From Selaginella moellendorffii (Eukaryota; Plantae; Lycopodiophyta), in NCBI RefSeq assembly GCF_000143415.4, contig NW_003314280.1, positions 1,302,894 to 1,366,893 of the forward strand: a stretch of DNA of 64,000 nucleotides, written 5' to 3'. Numbering within the stretch: the first letter of the stretch is position 1; each line of letters begins with the position of its first letter. The notes under the pieces are model-generated. The model was given only the letters and a program-made list of their open reading frames with translations. It had not been told where the DNA came from and did not search any database. Below are positions 24,360 to 38,000 of this stretch, in pieces. The position numbers and the translations under genes are program-made.

Positions 24360-26428
24360 CTAAATCATCGCAATGGGAGCTTGATCGTCGGCGTCGGCGT
24401 AGTCCGGCTTTGTGTACGTGTAGAACGTAGAGACCAGAAGGTGAACCACGAAATCGACGGCCAGGCAGCCCGCCAGCACCCAGTAGAAGTACTCGAGGTT
24501 CCCGGTCAACGAGAGCCAGCCCTGGTCGCTGGTCGGGGTCCTCGTTGACCGCTTGATGAGCGCCACGATGGCGGTGCTGACGTAGTTGCCAGTGCCGATG
24601 ATCGCCCACACCACCGCCGCCGCCATGCTCCTCATGCTGGGCGGCGATTGATCGTAGAAGAACTCGAGGTAGCCGATGGTGACGAAGGCCTCGGAGAGGC
24701 CCAGCAGGCAGAACTGGGGCACCAGCCAGAAGCACGAGAGGGGATGGGCGAATCCGAGGCGCCGCCGCTTCACCTCCACCGCGCCCGCCACCAGCATCGC
24801 CGAGGCGGCGAAGGTGATCCCCACGCCGATCCTCTGGAGGAAGGTGATGCCGCGCGGGTTCCTGGTGACCTTGGCGGCCAGCGGGACAACGAGCTTGTCG
24901 TAGAAAGGGAGGAAGATCATCATGGTGAGGAGGGAGAAGACCGGGAGCGTCGCGGGCTGCATCTTGAAAGCGTGCGGGGAGGATCCCATGCGGAGATCCA
25001 TGACGTAGCCCTGCCCGATCCAAAACGTGCTCTGCTGCGACCACGCCACGAAGATCGGGATGCCCGTCGCCCACACGGGCGTCATTCGCAGCAGCGATTT
25101 GAGCTCCTCTACATGGCTCACCGGGCATAGCCTCCACGGATCGATCTTTTCGGAGCCGTGGTGCTCTCCGTCGACGATTGTGGCTGCTCGGTCCAGAAAC
25201 CTGCGATCAGAGTTTCGATCGATCACTCGGGACTATGATTCTTCGTGTCAACTTCACGTACCGGTATTGCATTGTGTGACGAAGAGTGATGCCGCCAGCG
25301 CCAGCTTTGGGCGCCTCATTGTTGAAGAGCTCCCTGGGATCGTTGGGAATATCAACGCGCCACTTGCGACAGACAGCGACGACGACCTGCGCGAGGCGGG
25401 TGAAGGGGCTGCCGGCGGGAGAGATCTTCCTGTAGAGCGGGGAGCCGGCCCAGAAGAGCGCCACCGCCACCACCATCGCCACCGCGGGGATGCCAAACCC
25501 CCACACCCAGCCAAACGTGTTTTGGATGTAGACGAGCAGGGTGGTGCTGGTGACCATGGCCGCCACCACGAAGAAGTAGTACCAGTTGAAGTAGCTAAAG
25601 AGCTGCTTGCGCTCCACGGGGTTATGCTGGTCGAACTGGTCCGCCCCGAAAGATGGCGCATTTGGCCTCACGCCCCCGGCGGCGATGGCGATGAGCACGA
25701 AGGCGGCGTAGAGGTAGCCGAGGCAGTCGTGCTTCTTGCAATGCGGAGGCTTGGTGGACGGGAGCTTGGCCTCGATCACCATCACGAACAGGGCCTTGTA
25801 TATAAGATCATGAAAACCACGCATCAAAACGGTGTGAAGGTCTTCCAAGAAACACCAAGAACAATCAAAGTTTGACCATCCTTTTTCTTTTTTGTTTAAA
25901 AAGAGGAGGGAGTTTACCGCGACATAGATGGTGGAGGCGATCAAGATTGTTGCGTATCGCCCGATCATAGCGTCCGCCACGAAGGCACCCAGCAGTGGCG
26001 TGTAGGAGCACATCCCCATGAAGTTTGTGATGGTGTTTGCGGCGTCCACCAAGTCGAGCTTGAGCCGGTGCTGGAGGTAAGCCATCATGTTGAGCATGAT
26101 CCCCAGCGACGCCAGGAAATCCATGGCTCCACAACCTGTGCGGATCGAGAAATTCACAAAAAGGGGGCTCGAGAAAACAAAGATAGTTACTGAAGATGTA
26201 TGGCGCTGTTCTCCACCCGCCTTTGTTTCCATGGCGACGATCAGCTGGCACCATGTCGCTCGCGATCGGCTTTTGATCCACCATGACTTCTTCCCCGGGG
26301 AAATCGCCCGTGGGCTTCGCATTCCCGTGCTCAGGACTGGTCCCTTGCGATTGCTCGTCCCTCTTTGTTCCTGGCAGAGCTTTTAAGTCTGCTGTTGGCG
26401 ATTGGGCGGCACCATTCTCCATCGCCAT
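24360..26428 (-). CDS. NRT1/PTR family (NPF) transporter, paralog lacking the ExxEK motif
   Basis: Motifs: GGWRTAPYIF, GAFVADAMIGRY, GGVRPNAPSFGADQF, FNWYYF, FLDRAA, EFFYDQSPPSMRS. Introns at the same positions as in the neighbouring NPF. Confidence 0.94.
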
Positions 26429-27009
26429 GGTGGTCGATCGAAGAGAGGGAAGCGGGAGGAAATGCGCCACAGAAAAGAGCGAAAATGGCCTAGTTTTGTG
26501 GCCGAATAAGATGTCACGCGTGGTGCCAAACATCCATAAAGGGCCCAGAACCTGGAGAATGACACCATTTCTGGCGTCATGCATATCAACTTCTACGGTT
26601 TGTCCATGCCTGCTGTGCAGCCAACCACGATTCTAACGCCCGCTATCTTGTGGGTGTTTTGGTATTGATCAGCAAGCGTCATGGTGTTTATAGGGGCTAA
26701 ATCAAAGCTTGTACCGAGATTTCCGTTTTAATAAAGATTGAAAGCCTGAGTTGAGTGGGAACTTCCTGGACAATTTTTGTACATCAGAGAGATCGTGACT
26801 TAATGCCTGGGTCGTGTGAGCCTTATGAAGGAGCGCTGCATTGGCGTGTCTCTAGCTCAGCCTTTGCTTTGCTTCCACACTAAGAGTGTTCTGGATTTCA
26901 CGAGATTTTGAAGGTGATCTAGAAGATTTGACGCATTAGTTACAAGATCAAGGAATCAGGTGTAAATCTAAAACTACTTATATAAGCCAGTTATAGACCA
27001 AGAAACCAG

Positions 27010-27460
27010 AGAATATATTTCAAATATTTAGGCATATTTTAGGATATTCTTTAATCTAATGGTTAATTATATTTAATATTAATACTTTCTGTTTATTTAA
27101 GCAATTGGTCTAAAATATACTTGGATATTCAAGGATATTCTACCATCTAATGGTTATTATTCATTTAGATAGTCTTGTATCAACACTTAGTATATTTTAG
27201 TTGATTTTACTATCTAATGTGAGCTTTTTTATTAATCATAAACATTTTTATTATAAATTTCCAATTGATCAATTGGATTAATAAATAATTATCACTACTA
27301 TTAAGTAAACCAAATGCAAAAAACAACAAATTATTAGTAATACCTTAAATATCTAGGTGGAATATTTCTCAATCTAATGGTATTATAATTTCTCTAATTC
27401 ATTTGTCATCAAATTTAATATTAATATTCTTGCACATTATTTATATAAACTATATCTAAT
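27010..27460. repeat. Second copy of the AT-rich dispersed repeat
   Basis: Same-orientation similarity to 19060-19620. Confidence 0.6.
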
Positions 27461-29028
27461 TCTAACGGTTAAAAGAGTGCTAGCATTGATGTGGAATAGA
27501 ATCAAGAGGAAGGGGAGCAAAACCAATGTCACCATAGCCAGATTCCTCCTTTAGTTGATCACTCTACTAATTATAAGGTAATGAGTCCTTGGGATTTTAC
27601 ACAATCAATAGTTATAACAATAATAATGCTTATTAGTCAATGTAATACTTTTAGAAGGCCATCAAAGAAGTAAGTATGCTTTATATAAAAAAAAAATCTA
27701 ATTTTTTAGTTATTTTCTTGAATTGTTTCCCTTGCTTCTCTAATTTGCAAAGCTAGCTAAACAGCAAGGTTGGAAAATGTGTGGTGATTGTATCTTATGT
27801 CAGCTTTACACTTTCTTGCATTGACAAGTGAGCATCTGGAAGAATGGGAAGAGTTAGAGCCTATTACTTTATTAATCCAGAGTTTTGGGCTTTTTGTTTT
27901 GGCATGGTGTGTTGTTATGAACAATTTAAGAGTTGTAACATTAAAAGTTCTTATTACTTATGTGTTGAGCAAAGGTTAAAGTGTTGACTTATTTATTTTA
28001 TAGATAAAATGTATCAATTGTAATTGTAATAAAACACACAAGAGAGTTATTCACAGTTGAATATTAAGTTGAATTGCCTCCACTACTTTTGTTTAATCTT
28101 GGACTTAATAAACTCTTGTGATATTGAATCAAATAGTATTTAAAGTCAATGAATTTTGAATGTTAACTACCACACAACCATTAATACCACTTTTATCTCC
28201 TTCTAAAACTCACTAGGTTTGATAAGTCTGACAAGAATTATTGGTGGTGGCATTTGATTGCTCCTTTAAGAAGATTTCCAACATGATTGTAAAGAAAGAT
28301 TAATTTCTTTAACAATCTTTATGAAAGAAGTACTAATGAAAGTTCTAAAAAATTTCAAGGAATATAGCTTGTTGTCCATATTCTATTATGTTTTAAAATT
28401 CTTAAATTACTAAAAATAAATCTTTAGTGACATAATAAAAGGATCTATTTTGAAGTTGATCCGTCCAAAGGTTCCTTATTAACTTTACTTTCTTGTGGCT
28501 TACATTCTAGATTCCATCTCATCTTTAATTGGTGCTCCAAGTATGGCTATATTCATAAGAAGTATCTATGACAGCACTTTCTTTGTGTGACAGTTTAAGA
28601 TAAAAGACCAACTTGCATTTGTGTTAGCCTATTCAAGAAAGAACTGAAAGTTTTTAACTTTTCATATACTTTTCAAAGATCCTCTAGAAGGAAATTATCT
28701 ATTATAATTTTCATTATCTTGTATTAGTAGTTTTTAAATATGAAAAAGAAATATTAAGGTACTAAGGAAGATATTGCAAGCATGAGCTATATACATGGGC
28801 TTATTCTTCTTCTACTGGATTAGCTCATGGTCCTTCATATAGACTGAAATCATTAAGAGGATTCCTGTAAATAGTTAATTTCAACAAGAAATAAGACAAG
28901 TTAGTGTGGTTTTAAGACTTTTATTTGATTGATGTAAGATTCACATTTTTTTTCTAAGCATCTAATAGGAAAATGAGAAATAAATATTTTATTATCTTCC
29001 AGTATTTATGGCTTTATGGATGCTATAT

Positions 29029-29332
29029 TGTATAAATAGTAAAAAATAATGACTTGAGAGACAATTTATTAACTGTTAAATATAAAGGGAAAAGGCCCAT
29101 GAATAAAAATGTACCCCCTTTTCCAATCAGTTAAGGGTTACATGATTAAAACTGTCATGTGTACAGCAATTTAATATGCTATATAATATTAAAATTATGA
29201 AAATTAACTAATTTTTGAGAAAAATCTATAATAATAAAAAGGAGTTGCTAAACTTTTGGCATTAAATATCTTTAAGTTTGAGTAATATTATATTAAATGA
29301 CCTCCTGGGAAATTCAAATTTAAAAGCTTACA
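29029..29332 (+). mobile_element. Degenerate Cassandra solo LTR with an internal ~120-bp insertion
   Basis: AAATATAAAGGGAAAAGGCCCATGAATAA...GTTAAGGGT and TGACCTCCTGGGAAATTCAAATTTAAAAGCTTACA match the reverse complement of the LTRs at 45384-46435. Confidence 0.7.
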
Positions 29333-29933
29333 AATTCCAAAAACTTATACATTTCTTGTCATATTCATGCTTTAGCTAAAGTTCCTCTTTTTATTTATTT
29401 TACAAATCACTCTCAAACTTGAACAAACCTTGCCTAGATCAGTCTCACTAATCCTTTACATCTTATTCTTGAGCTAAGTTATGACAATGGCATTCCATGA
29501 GAGGACACCATACACATAGTGACCCTTACTCAATCTAGTTTATATTTCCAATCCTATTCCTCCCCAAGGAATCATTTTAAAATTTTGATTGATGATTAAA
29601 TATTACCTATCAAGCCAATCAAGCCTAAAGCCAAGTACTTGGCAACTTTGGACTGATTTCTGATTTTTATTTTACTTTTTATTTATTTATTTTTACAGTA
29701 CTTGAATCATGTTATATGAAGATGCTATTGGATCTCTTAAGTATAAAAAATCTAAAAATATTTATAGTAATGTGTAGTGTATGTGATTAATATATTGTCA
29801 TCATTGATTTTTGAATCTTATATATAGTATCAGAGCAAATAGCAAATGGCATATAAGTTCAATTTTCATTAATTAGTGGCTACTTAAAATATAATATACC
29901 CTTGCTAAAAATTAATATTGAACAAATACATTG

Positions 29934-32900
29934 TTGTAGTTCTAAAATGGGTGTAAGCTCATGCAAGGCACATTGGAAGATGTTGCCTTGCAAAGAAACT
30001 CACCTTGTACACGTATTCCCAACTTTTGCCAACCCAAGACTCCACATCCTAAAGCTTCCCATACCATGCATCTTCTAGTATCAGCCAAGAACTCCTCCAG
30101 GATATGCCAGCCAATCCCCCCACTAACAACCCCATCTCCCCATGTCAGATTCCCAACTGCATTAGTGTTGTACATGTCCTCTAACAAAGGACTTGCCTCA
30201 AATCCTCCTATGGATCAATATGGGCCACTATAGGCCAGCTGAGTCGTTGACAATGTGGAGGGGTCAAAGTTGAGTGTGTCATATCTCATTTCCGAGGTTA
30301 ATACCTCTCTTCTACATTGCCTTGAGCTGATACCCAGAACTTCAACTTGTGAATTTGCTATGTAATGATGAATGGTCCTTCAAACTTCACCTAGCCTTTC
30401 CATCCTTGGACACCTTGTTGAATGATCTTCAGAAATACACATGCTTGGCAATTCTCTTGTTGAAGTTTCTAGCATAATGTTCCTGCTCATGTCAAATGTT
30501 AGTTTTTGCATGCTCAGCTCAAGTCCTACAGTTCTTGGCTAAATGCTCAATGTATTTCACGAAGTCTATGCTCTCCTCTAGAGCTGGCATGTCAAGCATT
30601 AGATGTTGTGGCTTCCTTGACCTCTATAAAGCAACTCAAAAGCCCATGGACTCATGTTTAGAGGTCCAACTTCATTGTCAGATGTTGTAACAAAGTCAAA
30701 AGCTTAGGTTTATCCTTGCAAATGGCTCTAATACAGGCACACTGGATGCTCAACATGTGTGACTGTGAGTTGGCTTGCAATGTAAAGATGCATTTATAAA
30801 CTTCCCTACACTGGCTTCATACCTTTTCACTAGTAGTGAAGCTTGATGTTTGTGAACATGCAGTTTCTGGAAAGGTGGTCTGACAAGTCACCTGTGTGGA
30901 ACTTCTCCAAGATTTCTTTCACTTCATGTGCCTGGACGACTTTCAAGTAGTGGTCAACACTTGTGTTGACAAGGCAAACCAATTTGCTGTCTAGGAGTTG
31001 GAATTTGTATCTTCCTCTTTGCACTCTATTCTTACTAGTGCCGGGATGTTGCCTGATATGCATAGTGAGAGTTGCGTTTTGTATTCCAGCAGGTTCATAA
31101 CCAAGAGAAACTGAATGAATAATAGAATCAGGGTTTCAGTTACTGGAATAATGGACACTTGATTATATAAATCCTTGAAATGCACGCATAACTAAGTAAA
31201 GCAATCAATATTCTTGCTCAGAACTGTTTAACTAAGAGGTGGCGTCAAGTGAACCTGCTCATGTGCCACACATAGAAAACAACCTTTATCAAATGTACGC
31301 CAATTCTCCTAATGGTACCTTAGCTATTAGAGTCACCAACTGCATGAGATAGGCCATCGGTGTTTGCATTGCTGGCAATATATGACCTCATAATCATACT
31401 CAAGTAGCTGAACAAACCAGCATTGTAGCCTGCCCGATAGATTTGAGGAATTGGTCAAGGCCCTCAGAGCTTAGTGATCAGTCTGTATGATGGTCTTGGA
31501 TCCATGCAAGTATGTACAGAAGTGCTTCAAACCTTGCATTATTGCCAAACACTCCACCTCTGATATGTTGTAATTGTGTTTTGCTATGTCTAGCTTCCTA
31601 ATGTAAAATGCAATAGGCCTGTCTCACCCATCTTACCCAGCCTGAGCTAGGAGAGCTGATATGGCTGTCTTTGAAGCATCACACCTGAAATATTGTGGCA
31701 CTTAGTAAAATATCTAACTTGATTCACTATATTGTACCTGAAGTTTGGGTATGCCAAGTGCACAGGAGATCCTTCATTTGGTCGAATGCCATTTTCTGCT
31801 CTTTCCCCAGCACCAAGGCACCACCTGCTTGAGCAACTTCGTGGCCACCTCTGATATGAATCTGCGATAATATCCAGCCACACTTTTACCTTCCACTGAC
31901 TAAACTCAAGCACTCACCTATTCCTTCCCAGGATTGGGGAATTCTTTAATAGCTGCTACCTTAGCTGGATCTGGAGTTACCTCAGCTGCTGAGACCATGT
32001 GGCCAAAACTTTCCATGAAGAGGTGGCATTTCCTGGGCTTGACTTTTAGGCCTGTTGCCTCCATCCTTGACAAGACTCTGCTGATATCCAAGAGATCTGA
32101 TCTAGCATCCTTGGAGTATACATTGACATCATCAATGTATACCAAGGCACATTCCCATCTCAGGCTCCCAAGTACTTTATCAATGAGACACTGTGCTTGC
32201 ATTACATAAACCAAATGGCATCATGTTGAACTGGAATAGTCCATCCCTGCAGATGAATGCCATCTTCTCTTGGTCTTCTTCACATACTGGAACTTGTCAA
32301 AAACCCGATGCTAGATCTAACGAGCTGAAACTCTTGCACCTACGAGCTGGTCAAGTGTGTCATCTACCCATACACGTTTCTCTTTGTCACTGCGTTCAAG
32401 TTTTGGTAATCAACGCAGAATCTCATGCTCCCATCTTTCTTTGCCTCCATCACAACTGATGATGCCCATGGAGAGGTTGACGGCTCCACAACTGCATCAA
32501 GAATCTTCTGCAGCTCCTTAGATAGTCATAGCACCCTTCTCTGTTTTGGAGATTCTCGGTAAGGATGTTGCTTGATAGGATGCTCAGCTATTGTGTGGAT
32601 TCTGTGTTGTATTATGTCCGTTTTGCCAATGTTGTTGGCCTTCATGCTGGAAATGTGCCAGTATCGAAGAAGCAATTCATTGAGCTCATTCTCTATCCTG
32701 GCTCCTGCTAAGCACGGGCCAAGCTGTAGCTGTGACTTCACCTAGGTCAGAAATTCCTTGTCGCATTGAGAGTGCTCAACCTTCAGTGCCTCATCACCAA
32801 ACTTGATAGTAGATACACATACTTCCAAGTCTTTGCCAGGCTGATGCTGGAGAGCTTGCACAGGTGAGGAATGTTGGTGATTGATGCTATCCTCTCACAG

Positions 32901-34760
32901 TGCAGCAACACCAAATGTTCACCTCTGTGGTTTTAGACAGCATAGGGCGAGACGTTGGCTATTAGCACCTTGTGCACTTGGCGTGCTCCAGCATCCCGCT
33001 TGCAGGCCCTGCCTCCTAGCTTTGTTGTTTGCCATGACCTCCATGTATGACCTGACTGTGTTGTTTGTTGTGACCTCCATGTACGATAAGCTTGAGCAGA
33101 TCACTGCCACTCTCATCCTCGTATCTAGAACTACTTGCGAGAAGGCCAGGAGGATAATATTATCTCCCTTCACCACATAAGCCTTGTATGGTTGGTGTGC
33201 CACACCTTTTTTTTCTGGGGTCTTCCAAATATAGAGGACTTCATCTTCAGTTGCTCTGTCTCATTGCAAAACCTTACTTATTGCCCTCTTGATAGCTGCA
33301 TCCACCTTTGGTAGATGCTCGAGGATTAAGCAGCCCTCCCAGTCAAACACTGTCTACACCACCTTACATAAGTAGCCTATCTTTCCACCTTTGGTAGATG
33401 AGGATTCCATAGGGAAAGGCAGGTGCATGTTTAAGTTTAAAGATGTGTGTGAATTTGGATTCACCCTACTCAAACCTAAAGACATTATATTCCAAACTGA
33501 TTGGAAAAATGGATGTAGGCCATTTTTTTAATATTTGAACCCCTCTTTGGTTGTTTATAGTATTGTCTCCTTCATAATCTTGTCATTCTTCTTCAAAATA
33601 TATGCAATCATGAGCAACCATCCTCATTACACATGAAATAAAGTCATTCTGCAAGATTTGTTCTACTAGTGTCCTCTTAGTGTGCTGAAGCCATGGCCAT
33701 CTCCATCACACTTTGAGCACCAAGTACTAGTTTGCTACTGTTGTCACTAACAACTAAAACAGCCATGCTGGTGTCTATCTCTGCTCCTATTGTACTCACT
33801 TCGACATGCTATAAGCTTTCAGTGCTCCAGATCCTTTGAATCTTCCCTACTAGACTCACAACATATTTCTATTGCTACCAAGTGTTTTCTCCTCCCACTC
33901 TCAGATAGCCTCGTTTGCCATGCTTAGCAAATCCTTAAGCCTTGCTTGCTTGGTAGGAAATATTGTGTGCTTCTAGTGCCATGCATAACACATTCACTTT
34001 CTCACATCTAGCCACTCTATTATTGTGTGTTGCATAGTAAAAAATATCAAGGTAGAGGTCAAACTCTGCACCCATCTTATACACAAGGTATTGATGTGCA
34101 ATGCCAAAGAAATCTTTAGTAATAAAAGCTCATTTTTTACCTGAGTATCATGCATAGACTTTCCTAGTTTTCATGCTATTTTGGGGTCCTTGAGAAGTGC
34201 TATAATAGCCACTATAAGCTTCTCATTCATCCACATGGTCTAGGGCCAAGCCATCATTATCAACTCCCCACTATGGTTCCTTTGACACAATTGAATGTGT
34301 CCTCCCTTTCCCTCAAGGGGAGAGGAATGTGAATCTCCTTGTCTAGAAGTCCTTCCTCTTGAGAGTGGAGATGCCATTTTTCCTAAAAATAGGAGGAGGG
34401 ATATTCCCAGAAGTGAGGTGGCATTCCAAAGTATGGAGACACTATAGCAAACAATTGACTAAACAAATAGCTACTAGAGACAAACAATTACAATAACAAA
34501 CTTACACTCTCATATTGGGAGTGGTTTCCTCTACTAACCCCTCATGATGCTCCTTATAGCATGATTACTTGGACACTCATCCACACCCCTCTTTATCCAT
34601 CTTTCGATATTAGCCAAGAACTCTTAGATGTGCTAGCTGATCCCCTTGCTAACAACACCATCCCCTCCATGTTAGATTCTTAAGCATGTTAGTATGGTCC
34701 ACATCCTCTACCACATGGCTAACCTTGAGTCCTCCTATGGATCAATATGGGCTGTTATAA
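29934..34760 (-). mobile_element. Old degenerate Gypsy LTR retrotransposon
   Basis: RT remnants (IKQHPYRESP, ALVYIDDV, KCHLF...FGHMVS), RNase H and integrase zinc-finger remnants (EKFHTGDLSDH). Diverged direct repeats ending TCCTCCTATGGATCAATATGGGC at ~30205-30231 and ~34730-34759. Outer boundaries are approximate. Confidence 0.85.
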
Positions 34761-35012
34761 TGTACTTTGTCTTGTAGGGAATTCATTGATAAAAGAATTC
34801 ATTGTAGAATTGCAATACAAATGGATGATTAATTACCTAATATAAAATATTTTGTCTATACAATAGCAGGATTAATAGATTCCATGAAAAAATGGAGGTG
34901 TTAGTTCCCTTTGGCTCAATAATCTGAATGAGCAAAATTCTATAATGTTTTAAATATTTTTTAAAATATTTTAATTTTTTAAAAGTATTACTTAATTGGA
35001 ATTATTTCAAAA

Positions 35013-38000
35013 TGTGAGGTCCATGTGTATGGTTATGATGCCATATACTAATATTAATATAGTGGGATTTTGGTAACCGTCGAATTGACTTCAATTTGAA
35101 CCACTCGCTTTTATATATAAATTAGGGTTTTTGTGATATACACATTTTTTATATTCCTTTTCCATATTCCATACACTCACATTAGTGGAGGTGAAAGGCA
35201 CTTTTGGTTGTTCCTGAGGAGTGCTTGGATTTGGGATTTTAGTTTACATCTAACTCTTGCATTATTTAGCTTTAGTTTTTTCTATTTCCTTTCTTTTGAT
35301 CTTTTCTTTCGGGATTTTGGTTTAGATTTAGCTTTGCATTGTTTGGATCTCCCTTTCCTTTTAGCTTTTTTTCATTTCTTTTTTTTTTTGCTTTTTCTTT
35401 TTCATTCATCTTCATGGTAGAACAATAGTCTCCTCCTCCTTTGACTCTAGAGTAGCAGTTGGTGCAATTGTTTAATGCTATATAATTGTAATTGAAAAAT
35501 CAAACTCAGTTGATGGTAGCATTCATGAGACATAGTACAACTCCTTTTGCTCTTGGTGCCAATCCTTGTGTTCAACTAAAATTCTTTCATGGGAATCCTA
35601 AGGATGATGTGTACTATTGGTTTAATCACTTCACAATGATTGCCACATATCATTCTTGGGATGATACTCAACATTTACATGAGTTTTCCACGTGTCTCCA
35701 AGGGACAGTGTTGCAATGATACAAATGGTTTGAGCACAGCCACTCATGGGGATTGGAATATTCTCTTGGATGTCTTCAAATGCGCATTCAGACATACTAA
35801 CAATTGTGATGATGCTTTTTAATAACTGCATCATCTTCATTAAGGGCCATTTGAGTCGGTGATGCAATTTAACGTTCGTTTCTGAAGCCTTTTGCTTCGT
35901 CCGGAGCCAAATATGTCAAGCGGATCAAGCTAGAAATGTTGTGGCTAACACTTCATCAAAATCTTGTAGGACTTATGCATGCACTTACTTCAACCACCCT
36001 TGACAATGCCCTTCGTTTGGCATAATATTATAAGATGTCGCCTCTTCCACTTTTTACTATACATCCTTCAACTCCACTTCATGTGGGAGATAGTCTTATT
36101 CCAATGAAGGTTGATGCTGCTGCTGCTCGAGTTTGAGGATGTAATCATAAGGCATGTGATGAAGTTAGTCACACTTATTGGCTTTGTCGGTGTTTTCCAG
36201 ATTGGTAGCCTTTATTTCTTGGGTGGAGATCTTGGTATCAACGTCGTCCTATTGGTGTTGCTGCAGTGGAAGGTCTGGTTACCGAGATGTATCCAAGAAA
36301 TGAGGAGTCGTGCGAGTAATGGAGGGATATTGCACAAATAAGTTAGTGATCCCTCCATCTTTCTTTTGGAGTATCATCAAAGGGTTCACTTGGCAACAAT
36401 TCATCTAATGTTTACTTTCTAAGCTTGTTTTTATAATAAAATGTCTCATATTATTCTCTCTGTATTGGTTGATACAAGTTTAAGTTTATCCTCTATTGCT
36501 CAATATATTGCCATATGTTGCCATTTACATTTGCATTGTGCAATGGAGCCAATTTTCATTTTTTATGGCAACAGCTATATATATGCATATGCATAGGATG
36601 AGGCTGGTGAGTGTGGGCAATCTTGAGCTTGGGTTGCAATCATTGTGGGTGGTGCTAAGTCAAGTTTTTGACCTCGTCCTTGGTATGGATTAGTTGCAAT
36701 GTAATCATGCCAAATATGACATTGAGCCTTTTCCCCCTTGTCTTATACTTCCTTATATTATATTCATTCCTCTCACTTTCGTACTTCTTTGTCCTTTTGC
36801 TTTTATTTTTGCTTCATTACTTTTGTTTCCCCATTAATTCCTTCTATATTTCTGTTTTGTTCCACTCTTCTCTTTTCTAATCCCTTCGATGGCCTTTGTG
36901 TTGTAGCAATTGATCGCCTTATGAAGGAGTATGTCAATTTCTTTGAATTTGACCTATTGTTTGGGGCCAAGATTGCCACACGTCATCCGATTCTAACCAG
37001 GGATGCTGGTCCAATCAAGATTCCTATTTGTCGTTAGTCACCTAAAGAGATCAAGATTTTATATGCAAATGTCAAAGAGATGTTAGAAAAGGGTGTTATT
37101 CAAAAGTTGTGAAGTCCTTAAGCATGTGAACCTCACCTTGTGATGAAGTTTGATGAGAATATTTATTTTTACATCGACTATTATCCATTAAATGAAGTGA
37201 TGATCTTGGATGTATACATTTTCCTCATACTACTGATCTCTTGGATTGTCTAGGGAAAAATTATTAATTCACCAAGCTAAATCTTGCTTATGGATACTGG
37301 TAAGTATTGATGGCTGAAGAAAATATTCCTAATATTGTTTTTCATACACCGTTTGGTTTGTATGAGTTCTTGGCGATGTTGTTTGGTTTGAACAATGCTT
37401 TAGCAACTTTTCAATAGATGATAGACGAGGTCCTTCACAATATGCCAGAGGTGACTACTGACTTCATTGATGATGTCTTGATCCACTCGGAGGGGATATG
37501 GGAGGAACATGTCCGTGATATTCATAAAATGTTAGATTAGTTATGGAACATTGGTTTAAAGTTGAAGCAATCAAAGTGCATGTTTAGGTTCAAGGACACA
37601 ATTTATCTTGGGTACCGTATTTCTCGTGAGGGTTTACAAGTTGATCATAACAAACTTATGGCTATTCTAAAGTTGTCTACTCTAAAGTGTATGAATAATG
37701 TCCAACACTTTCTGAGTATGATGCAATATCTCAATCGTTTTATAGATTATCTTTCTGATCGCATTGCACTGTTCTAGGTGTTGCTGAAGTCATCAACATC
37801 ATCTTTCATCTAATTTGCAGACTGTGAATGGGTGTTCATGGATCTTAAAGAGCTATTGATGACTCCTTCAGTTTTAGCATATTCAAACTACACTTGACCT
37901 TTCATTTTGCGCATGGATGCTTTTGATATTGGTCTTAAAGATGTGTTGATGCAAGAGAGCCTAAGTATGCCTTATCAGCACCATCTCATTGCATATATAA

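Noticed and set aside
22754-25875. Long alternative-frame and antisense ORFs over the NPF genes (similar ones occur over AO at 59342-60534)
   Set aside because: These are the expected shadow ORFs of high-GC3 coding sequence.
29825-29900. TAGTATCAGAGC PBS-like motif followed by ATG, a possible Copia 5' end
   Set aside because: It has one mismatch, no partner LTR or TSD could be identified, and it is too degraded to delimit.
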